From Felis catus (Eukaryota): a stretch of DNA of 64,000 nt. This document shows, piece after piece, positions 51,040 to 61,180 of the stretch. Location: NCBI RefSeq assembly GCF_018350175.1, contig NC_058368.1:62932001-62996000 (forward strand). The letters run 5' to 3'. The notes under the pieces are model-generated. The model worked only from the letters and a program-made list of their open reading frames with translations. It searched no databases and was not told the DNA's origin. A program made the translations under genes and the position numbers. Position 1 is the stretch's first letter; each line of letters opens with the position of its first letter.

Positions 51040-51411
51040 GTACTGGTTCTCAAAATTAAGTGTTTTTTGGAATCACATGGAAGGGTTATAAAACACAGTG
51101 CTGGATTTACCTCAGGATTTTGATTCAGTAGATCTGAGGTGGGACCCCAGAATTTTCTTTTTTTTTTTTTTTTTTTTAACCTTAGAATGCAAGTGAGGGA
51201 GAGGGGCAGAGAGAAAGAGAATCTTAAGCAGCTCAGTGTGGAGCTTGATCCCATGACCTTGGGAACATGACCTGAGGTGAAATCAAGAGTCACTCAACTG
51301 ACTGAGCAACCCAGGTGCCCCTTTTTATTTTTATTTAAGAATGTTCATTTCTAATGGATTCCCAGGTGATACTGAGGCTGCTGGTTGGTTGATGACACTT
51401 TAAGAATAATT
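51040..51411. mobile_element. MER5A-like hAT-Charlie MITE split by a SINE
   Basis: TGGTTCTCAAA..GAATCACATGGA..TGATTCAGTAGATCTGAGGTGGGACCC, then the SINE, then CATTTCTAA..TCCCAGGTGATACTGAGGCTGCTGGT..CACTTTAAGAA. Confidence 0.8.
51155..51321 (-). mobile_element. Can-SINE, older
   Basis: Poly-T, then GGGGCAGAGAG..GAAATCAAGAGTC..CTGAGCAACCCAGGTGCCCC. Confidence 0.88.
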
Positions 51412-53115
51412 GCCTTAAACAATTGCTTTAAATCACTTACAAAATACTTAAATTTTGTAAGTAATCAAGATAGTGCAGACTTCAATGACATTCCTTATTC
51501 TGTCTCCCAACCAGTTCTTAATCAGAGACGAGAAGAAGCTCTTGAGCTAATCTGGGAAATTCTGTTCTTAATTATTTAGAAAACTGAATATAAATGTTCA
51601 ACAGGCTGTGTTGCTCTATCCCTGAAAAGGTCCCTATGTCTCATTATAATACAGGCTCCACACACATTGCAAAATGCCAATTTTGCTGCCAAGGAGCAAG
51701 TTCTTAAAAGTGCATTTCACAGAATATAGAAAACAACCAATTAAACTTTTCTCACAGCAGGACCTCTCTTTAAAGTATTCTAATCATAAAGAAGAACTTT
51801 TACTCCTGCAAAAAGTTAGGTTATGACTAACATTAACTTAAGGTGTGAGATTTTAACATTTGCTTTCTTGTAAAGTTATTTACTTCATGTATTTTTAGTA
51901 AGTCTTCCCATTGCACTAACAAACTAAACCTATTAGAAGCATCTTGCCCTGTCCAGATTATTCCAATAACACTTTGCCTGGGATCCCAATCTCCTCCTCC
52001 ATTTGTGAACACTTCCTTGACCCCTATACCATTTTGTACACAGTTCAGTTTTTCTATTGCCATGCAGTTCTGGTTAGATTCTTCTGTCTTTCAGGTCAAA
52101 GCTTAAATGCCATTTAATTTAATGAGCTCTGTCTTACTCCCTAATGCGAGGTCCAGAATACTTTGTTATAAGTGCACATTGGATGTTGATTTTTTTTGTT
52201 TATATTGAAGGAAAAAATATGTATATTTAAAAACACAAATGTGTGGGTATATCTAAAATACACAAAGATATACATATCAATATATTTTGTAGAAGTTACC
52301 ACAATTGTATACCAGCAGCCTTCTTTGGCAGAAGTTTGGACAGGAAGTCTTAATGCCCTCAGTTTCAGGCTCCTGTAGACCTGTCTTCTGCCCTTCACTA
52401 GAAGGCAGGTCTAGGCTTTTCCCACTAAATGTATTTCCTGAATTATGGACAACATACATAGAGATTCTAGAGCCCAGCCTAAGGAAGCATGAACACGGGA
52501 TTTGGTGTCAAGAAGAAAAGTACATTAAGCTCCTAGAGCCACAATATCCTCTTTGGAAGATCGGGAGTTAAAAAACAAAACAAAAAACCTACTTTATAAT
52601 ATTATTGTAGAATTTTGATACAAAATATATAAAGCAACCAGGGAAAAATAGGCACTATTTAAATACAAATTATTTTTCTACTGCTTTTCTAAGATTCTCT
52701 ATTCTCCATAATTCTGCCAAATATTTCTGTTCTTTAATTCTTGGCCATCTTATAAAGATGAAAGATATTTTCTTACAGGACATATATAGGATTTTTTTGG
52801 ACCACCTAATAAAAACATTCACATTTTTATCTAGTATGAGCTAAGTATGGCTGGTCAATTTATATTCTCTCCAATCTTCATAATCTTGCTTGAAAGTAAA
52901 TATAATTATCTCAGATGTTAAGTGATTTATCCTGTGGAAAGAGCTCAAACTCTTGAAAGAAGGATTCACATTTAGGTACCTGTCATTCCCCATGCCTCGC
53001 TGCTTCTGTGTGCATTGTGTCACAGTAAGGTTGGGCACCCATGAGAAGAATGCGCTGGAATGGAATCAGGACAAAGAGTCATTTATGTGATGCTCTACTA
53101 CAAATTGGTAATAAT

Positions 53116-53335
53116 GGGGGCACCTGGCTGGCTCAGTTGGTTAAGCGGCCGACTTCGCTCAGGTCATGATCTCACGGTCTGTGAGTTCGAGTCCCGCATT
53201 GGGCTCTGTGCTGACAGCTCAGAGCCTGGAGCCTGTTTCAGATTCTGTGTCACCCTCTCTCTGACCCTGCCCCGTTCACGTTCTGTCTTGCTCTCTCTCA
53301 AAAATAAAAAACGTTAAAAAAAATTAAAAAAAACC
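53116..53335 (+). mobile_element. Felid Can-SINE
   Basis: Complete body; TSD CAAATTGGTAAT at 53101-53112 and 53336-53347. Confidence 0.95.
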
Positions 53336-54075
53336 CAAATTGGTAATTTTTCAAAAATATTTTTATTATAACTGTACATTTCCATTTTGAATTGCTTATC
53401 TGTGTTGTAAAATTTTAAGCAGTGCTTAAAAAGTCTCTAACTGAAATCAAATGGTGAGGTTACAATTTCTGTATGAATACAGCAAAATACTTCACGCCTA
53501 GAAGAACATTGCATTTGTCAATTCTATACTATCTCTGGAGGAATAGAATGATTAGGCAAATAAGTTACGTGGGTAAAACATCTTTTCAAACATTGACTTC
53601 TAATGCCTACATTCCATTCCTACTCTATCATATCATGTCTCTCAGTAGAAACATAAATTTTCAGTACAGGTTGCCATTCAGTCCACAATTCTAATAAAAT
53701 TGTGGTTGATAAATATCTTCAAACAGACCTATTTCTATGTATGTCAAGAGTACTGTGATTCACTGTATGTGGTTTTGATGTATTGAGTTTTTGTACCTGA
53801 ATGTTATGTTTATGAACATAAGAATTCAGTGTTTTACAATAGCACATGACTGATGCACGATCTTCCTGCCCCTTGCTGTGTGTTCAGTTTTTGTTTAGAT
53901 TTAACTGAAACCTTAGTTGTGCCAATGATTCTAACTTAGTTTATTAAAATTTTGAATGAAGATAGACAATAAAATGTACCAAGAAGGTGGTTTACACTCC
54001 ACTGACTTTCTAGTTATTATGATATAAACTAGAATTTGTGAGATAAACACTAATAGAAATATAAATGAAAGTACG

Positions 54076-54288
54076 TTTTTTTTTTTTAATTTTTGTTTAT
54101 TTTCAGAGAAAGCATGCACATGTGCAAGCTGGGCAGGGACAGAGGCGGGTGGGTGAGAGAATCACAAACAGGCTCCACACTGTCAGCATGGAGCCCCATG
54201 TGGGGCTTGAACTCATGAACTGTGAGATCATGACCTGAGCCAAAACCAAGAGTGAGATGCTTAACCAACTGAGCCACCCAGGCATCCC
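54076..54288 (-). mobile_element. Can-SINE
   Basis: Antisense body ending CTGAGCCACCCAGGCATCCC. Confidence 0.92.
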
Positions 54289-54625
54289 AAAAGTAGTATT
54301 CTTAATTATGAAATTCCAATCCAATATTCTTAAAATGTGTTATTTCAATTTTATATAATTTAGGTTTTCAAAAGGGCCAACTACTATTTTATGTTTTAAA
54401 TTTTCTTGGTGGGACATGAATATAAATGGAACATAACATCTGCAACTTGTGAGCAAATGCCAAATTAATCTGAAATTTTCTGGAATGATTTATTCAAGTG
54501 CATTATTTTTTGGAAGTAAAAATTCTTAAGATGACCTCTCATTATTCTACGAATAGGTTGAAGGGGGGGAATGTAAACCCAAATGATTAAGAGTATTTTA
54601 GAGAATTTTTTACCCTGCCATTTTT

Positions 54626-54832
54626 TTAAAGTTTTTTTTTTAACGTTTATTTATTTTTGAGACAGCATGAATGGGGGAGGGTCAGAGAGAGAGGGAGACA
54701 CAGAATCTGAAACAGGCTCCAGTCTCTGAGCGGTCAGCACAGAGCCTGACACGGGGCTTGAACTCACGGACTGCGAGATCAGGACCTGAGCTGAAGTCGG
54801 ACGCTCAACCCACTGAGCCACCCAGGCGCCCC
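54626..54832 (-). mobile_element. Felid Can-SINE
   Basis: Perfect 15-bp TSD TACCCTGCCATTTTT at 54611-54625 and 54833-54847. Confidence 0.95.
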
Positions 54833-55842
54833 TACCCTGCCATTTTTATAGGTTACCTCATGTATTTTAATAAAACATGCAATAAATTAATGCCTATTTG
54901 GCCTTGATACTTGTGATAAACTTCAGATGATTCATTTAAATATCTAAAGCTCAAATATGATCGTATGAGGGATCTAACTTACGAAATGTGGATTCTCAAG
55001 GTAAAATTGTAAGGATCTCTTGCTAATCTTGAAAGCCCAAAATAACCTCTTATAGGATATTTGATACACTAAATAGGAAGAGTCACCAGTACACTAATTG
55101 ATTAATATTGTCTTCAAACCTGTGGGACACAGAAGGCCTAGGGAATTTGGTAAGAACTCCATTAAACTCTGTAGTTGGTTTATCTTTGGTTTTTGCTAAA
55201 GGTGAGGAATAACTAAAGAAAAATGCCTCAGTAACATGGTTGCATAATTAATCCAATATCTATTTCATAGGTTTTTCTTTAGTATTAACTTGGCAGAGTG
55301 TGATAAAAAATAAAGACAAGGTTCTTGGTTTCATGGAATCATGACTAGTATGTTATGCATACATGCAACAGAAAATCACATAAGTTATTTTAATGCATTT
55401 GCTAAATATCACATGAAAAAATAAAATGAGATACTATAACAGGGAACCCTCAAAATAGCCTAGAGAGTCAGGTATATTTTTCCAGAAGCATAGGATACAA
55501 TCTCAGCCCTGATGAAAGGTGATTCAAGGTTTTCAAGACTAGAAGAAATAGGGAAAGCTTTCTGACAGATTGATAGATATCATGCAGTGTTCAGAGGAGA
55601 GAAAAGAGGATTCATTTTTAAGTAAAGAAATGGAGACACAGGTGGCTAAAACAGTTGCAAGAGTTCATTAATTTGAACCTAATGAGCTAGGCAGTAGTGA
55701 ATATAGTGGGCTTTTGTCACTTAGGTTAAATATTTTGAAAGCTATACTAAGACCAGTGGGAAATCAAAGCATATTGAAGAGAGAATTGGCATGATCAGAT
55801 GTGCAAGTTTGATTTTTTTTTTTCAAGCTTATTCTACCTTTT

Positions 55843-56052
55843 GGGGTTTCTGGTTGAGTGTTGGTTAAGTGTTCAACTCTTGGTTTCAGCTCAGGTCATG
55901 GACACACAGTTCATGAGTTCAAGCCCCATGTCAGGCTCTCTGTTGACAGCATGAAGCCTGCTTTGGATTCTGTCTCCCTCTCTCTCTCTCTGCCCAGCCC
56001 CCCACCCCCTGCTTGCTTGCTTGCTCTCTCAAAAATAAAATTTAAAAAAATT
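55843..56052 (+). mobile_element. Can-SINE, older
   Basis: TTGGTTAAGTGTTCAACTCTTGGTTTCAGCTCAGGTCATG; TSD-like AAGCTTATTCTA / AAGGTTATTCTA. Confidence 0.88.
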
Positions 56053-56498
56053 AAGGTTATTCTAGGTTCTCTGTAAACAATGGCGAGGTTAGAACAAAGT
56101 AAGAGAACACCTAGGAAGACAACCTTAGAGGCCAATGGTGTCATGTGGACAACAATGTTAACTTGGCTTGGTTATAATTATAATGCAAAGGGAGAGAAGT
56201 GAATGGATTTGAGGTATGATCAGATAAAAAACTAGAGATGTGCTGATTGGTTACAGAAGGGAATCAGTCTCCAAGGATATCGAGGGTTTCCTTTATCAGT
56301 GGATAAAGGAAACACTGGAGGGAAAATGGATGGGGAGGGGAAGAGGAAGGAAGATGATCAGGTATTCAGTTTGGATAGATTGTGTTTCAGATGCCTGAGA
56401 GTTACCCAAGTAGAAATGCTGAATAGGCAGTCAGATATGTGTGCACAGAACTCAATAATGAGGTCTCACCTATCAGTAAATTTGGAGTTTGTTGACAT

Positions 56499-57039
56499 TG
56501 TAAGGGAAGAAAAATTTTTCTTACTCTCCTGAGTTCTTGGCTGAGACCCCAGTTAATAAGACGCAAAATAGCAAGAGAAAAACAGGAGTTTATTAACCTG
56601 TATGTCATGTATAGGTGGGAAGATAACCAGGGAAAAATGAGTAACTCAAAAAGGTGGCTTGAGAATTCAGGGCTAAATACCATCTTAACAAGGAAAAGAG
56701 ATGCAGGGCTGTTACAGTCCTTTTAGGGGAGAGCCAATGATTTTTAGGATAAGTCTTTAGAATAGACGGGAGGTGTGATAATTGGTAATAATTTGTGACA
56801 AGCTGGTCTGGGTATAGTGTTGACTTTGTGTATTCTGATTAGTCAACCTCCCTTTGTTGATAAAACTGACTCTCAGGAAAGGGATCTATGACAATTAAGT
56901 TCCTTTTGGATAATTTATTTTGAAGAAGGGACGTTCAGAGAAAGCCTCGACCATCATTTGCTGTTTTTAGGTTTTACAGCTCAAAATGGTCAATATGACA
57001 AAGTGGCATGTTTGGGGTAGTACATTTTGCTACCCTTCA
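56499..57039 (-). mobile_element. MER34-type ERV1 solo LTR
   Basis: TG..CA termini. The minus-strand start TGAAGGGTAGCAAAATGTACTACCCCAAACATGCCACTTTG resembles the MER34 5' end. 4-bp TSD ACAT/ATAT. Confidence 0.8.
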
Positions 57040-58312
57040 ATATACAGATTAGTTTTTATTCCATAGGAGGTGATGTGATTCCTTACAAGAATAGTATAGT
57101 TTTCAAAGAAGAGAGTGTATAGGACAAAGCCCTAAGGAACTCTTGTATTTGAAGTTTCAACAAAAATGGAGAAAACAAGAGTGCGAAGAAGGAAGAATCA
57201 GGGAAATCGTGAAAAGTGCAGTAACTGTCTCTCAAAAATGGAGCAGTCACAGAATCCAGTTCCTGATTTTGCGTGCGTAAAGTCATTGGTAACTTCGGCA
57301 GGAGCAGTCACATTGATTTTGATTGGCCTATAAGTTGAGTTGTGGAATATAGGGAAGAGAATAGTAGTTTTAAAAAAGGAACATGGGCTTTGGGAGGAAT
57401 TTCTATGCAAAGTACCAGATTATGTTTAAATAGTAATTGGGAGGATGCACAAAAGAGTTGAAAGATACAAGGAGGGGCCAGGCACATTTCGTGTATCCAG
57501 TTCCTGAGAAGGGAGCAAAGAAGGGATGAAAGTAGTATCAATGGATAGAAAAGTGAATTCTGAACGAGTACACATTATATAAAGATAATTCCTATAGGTG
57601 AATAGGAGGAAAAATGGGTAAGAATAGCTATTGATGATGGTAGTTTTATATATTTAATGTCTGAGTTTTCTAGTGGTTTTGTTTTGGTTCTTCTTGCAAA
57701 GACACAATCATCTTTAGTATGTCTTGACCATAAACAACATGGGTGGTGGTAGTGAGGGAGAATGCTTAAAATGTTGCAATATGGAAGAAAATTAAAGGAC
57801 TTTCTATGGGGAAGAGAAGACTGATGAAATTTGTGTTTCAGAAACATTCCTCTGGCTGTGACAGAGGAATTTAAGATGGCAGATCTGGAAGTAAACCAAA
57901 CTGAGAATGATTTTCATGAAGACTGTTGCTGATGTTTCTGTTTTTATTCTTCCCTCCCTCCACATCTCGCACACATACAAACTATCACTTGTCTGTCCTT
58001 CTCATTGGCCAGAAAGGATCGTGCAAGGTTTGACTAGTATTGTCTTGCATCTGGGCATTAGTGGTGTAAACAGTGGCAGTTCTGATACTCTTTATGCTAC
58101 CATGTAGGCTCATGCAGGTCAGTTAGACCAGTAAACAATAGGAATTCTTTATTCAGCAACATTCTTTCAGGTGTTCTGCTCACTCTGTATCAGGCACTGA
58201 GGTTTGCATAAAGTGGTGAACCAAAATGAAAAGATTAAAGAACCGTTCCTTCAAGAGATAGACATGGCCACGGTTTGGAGACACATGGCAAGGTATTCCT
58301 AATTACTTAAAT

Positions 58313-58448
58313 TTTTTTAAATTTTTTTAATGTTTATTTTTGAGAGACATAGATGGCAAGAGCAAGGGAGGGGAAGAGAGAGAGGGAGACGCAGAACATG
58401 AAGCAGGCTCTGGGCTCTGAGCTGTCAGCACAGAGCCCGATGTAGGGC
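58313..58448 (-). mobile_element. 5'-truncated Can-SINE
   Basis: Tail and 3' half only, stopping at GATGTAGGGC; TSD-like TACTTAAATT / TACTTTAATT. Confidence 0.88.
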
Positions 58449-59544
58449 TACTTTAATTAGTATTTTGTTTGAATTCTGTTTGGTATGATGAGATAATAAG
58501 CATATAATAAATAATCCACGGCTACTTATGGGAGGAACCAAGGGAGTGGCATATTTTATTCCATTTACAGTTAGTGGTGAACTTGAGCTCCTCTACACAC
58601 TTGGTGTTAAGGCACCAAAGCTAAAAACAGAAGTGTCCCATTTATTTTGGGATTTGGAACAGTAGAGCATAGAATACATCTCCTAACAGCAGTGCGTGTA
58701 AAATATCTAGCCACCTAGGGCTATTTTTACATATCCATGGTAAACTTATTATTATTTTTTTTTTTTTTGGCTGCTAACTGTATGTTGCTAAGCAATTTGT
58801 TATCATGCTGGATAATCACATCAAAACCGTTAAACCCCCTGCATATATTCTCATTATGTACAAATTCTGTCCACTACCCAAGAAAACCTACCAAGCATTA
58901 AAAAACATCTTTTTCAGAAGCCAATTTTTGTCTTCTGCATTGTGTCACTTAATCAAAATGTGTTATCGACGCTTGCGAGAAAGCTAAGAAGTTTATAAAT
59001 CACTGTGTATGAGGAAACCAAGCCATATCTGTTAAAGTAAATAATTAGAATATGCTATGTGATGAACTGATGCATTTTATCCCACTTGATTTCATTACTG
59101 GCCTGGAAAATACCAGTAACATGTAGGTTTACAGAGAAACATACAGAGGCTCTAGCAGTGGAGAATCTCTTGTCGGCAACAAAAGCTACTTTGTCAAGTC
59201 TTTTCCATATCCTCGCTCTTTTTTAGGGGAATTTGCCCTAGCAACATAAAAAAGCAGTGGAACTTCTACAGAAATAGGTTAACAGTAGGTTAGGGAACAG
59301 TAGGGATGGAACTCCATGCACAGGGAATAAAATGTCTCATTTACTTCTAATGCTTTCCTCTGCAAGGTTTATCATGAAATTTTAATTGCTTTTTGAATAA
59401 TCAATTACTGTGTAACTTTATAAAACTCACAACTAATTTTGGATGTGTTGAAACTTTGTTAATTTCTTTTGGTAGATGATTAGATTTAACTTGAAGTAGG
59501 ACTATCAATTATGACAATTTTGGAACATCAATTACTTAATTGTT

Positions 59545-59700
59545 CCAAGTCAGACTATCTTGGTTCAAATGTTGCCTCATCTATAAAGTGAGACTAATGC
59601 TAGTGGCTAACTTATCTAAGCATTAATTTGAGCATTATAAAACTTATATATGTCAATGGCTTAAATCAAAGCCAAGGACATGATAAACATATGTTTCATT
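59545..59700 (+). mobile_element. MIR relic with internal deletion
   Basis: CAGACTATCTTGGTTCAAAT joined to CCTCATCTATAAAGTGAG. Confidence 0.55.
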
Positions 59701-61180
59701 ATCATGTTTATGAGCCTGCTTTAGTCAAACTTTTGCTACTCTGTAGTTGTAATCCTATCTTAGTCTACAGTGTAAGAGTGAATATGGTTGAGTTCAGAAT
59801 TCTTTATTTTTTATTAAATAAGATGAAAACTCCAATCAGTAAAAATTCTTTTTGAACAGAGTTTTAACTACATTGAATTCTTCTTTTGCTTAAAGTAAGT
59901 TCAACTGATAAGTCATTTTTAAATGTCCTAATGCATTTATCTTGTTTATGAAAGGTTTACATATGACATATAGCAGATTTGGGCAAAGTAATGGGATAGT
60001 TTTATTCTTCTGCAAGACTCTATACACACAGTGATGAAGGGAAGTGCATTAGAAATCTAGGGCCAGAATTCAATACTAAATAGTAATTGAAAAAGATATG
60101 TTGCTTGGAAACTGCAGAGAGCACCGCTTTGTTTCAAGTGAAGGGTAATACAAATCATGCATTAAAATAGTAGAACCTTTTTAAAATTTCAACAATGCAA
60201 TTGATGAGAGTTTTAATAAGCTCTGACACATAACTCAGAATAGTGCATTTCAATCATACAGATGGTTCATTAAGATAACCCACAGCATTGATAGATTTAT
60301 ACTGAGGTTTGGTTACATACCTTATGAGGCTTCAGGTTATGGTTGCATAAACTGGACTCAGATTAAAGGTAATGAAATATTCCTTCTAAGAATAATCACC
60401 CTTTTAGAGAAAACTGCACCTAATCAGAGTGTCATGCACCATTGAGTCTTGTGCATAGGACTTGCTGTTTAATAGCTGTTTGGTGACATTCGCAATTGGA
60501 TGCAGTTAATAAACAATGTAAGATGCTAATTTGTTATTTGGCAGGAGGAGTGAGTCCCTTTGCTCCCTCCTAATTTCCAAACATGATGACCCTGAAAGTT
60601 AATGAAAATAAAGATCTGTACATAGCAAAAATAATAATGTAGTGGGTGACTATTCAGCCTTTGTTTGGCTGTTTGAAGGATGAAATTCAAATACCTACAG
60701 ACAAGACCCCTAAATTGTGAGGTGTTCACTCCATCATTAGTTTCTCTCTCCTGAAAACTCATTATATGCAAGTCTCCTCCAATGGTCTTGGAAGTTCTTC
60801 CAATTTGGAAAATAATAAAGCAGTTTCTGAGGCCCTGCCTCACATTTTGGAAATCCATTCTCTATTTAACCCCAAACTTAATCTTATCTTGTCTTAGCAA
60901 GCTATGACCCAGCATTAAGCTTTTTGTTTATGCATTTGTCATCAGAGGTTGGTTTTAGCTCATCTTAAATAGATCATTTTTATCAATTATAATTCAACAG
61001 AGGAGAAAATATTTGTTGGATCCTATTGTACACTGTACTTACATGCTACAAGCTCACAATGCACTGTAAGTCACACATGAATACAATCAATTTTATGACA
61101 ATTATCAGCCATTGACATTGTAAATATGCCCAGAAGTTAGTTACTTATGATGGATTTTGTTAACAAGAGATTGTGGGACC

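Larger units (their letters stand above)
55290..57900 (-). mobile_element. Long L2 relic interrupted by a SINE and an LTR
   Basis: GGCATGATCAGAT, GAGAGAAGTGAATGGATTTGAG, TTCAGTTTGGA, GTAGAAATGCTGAATAGGCAG and GTCATTGGTAACTT are antisense L2 motifs. Confidence 0.6.
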
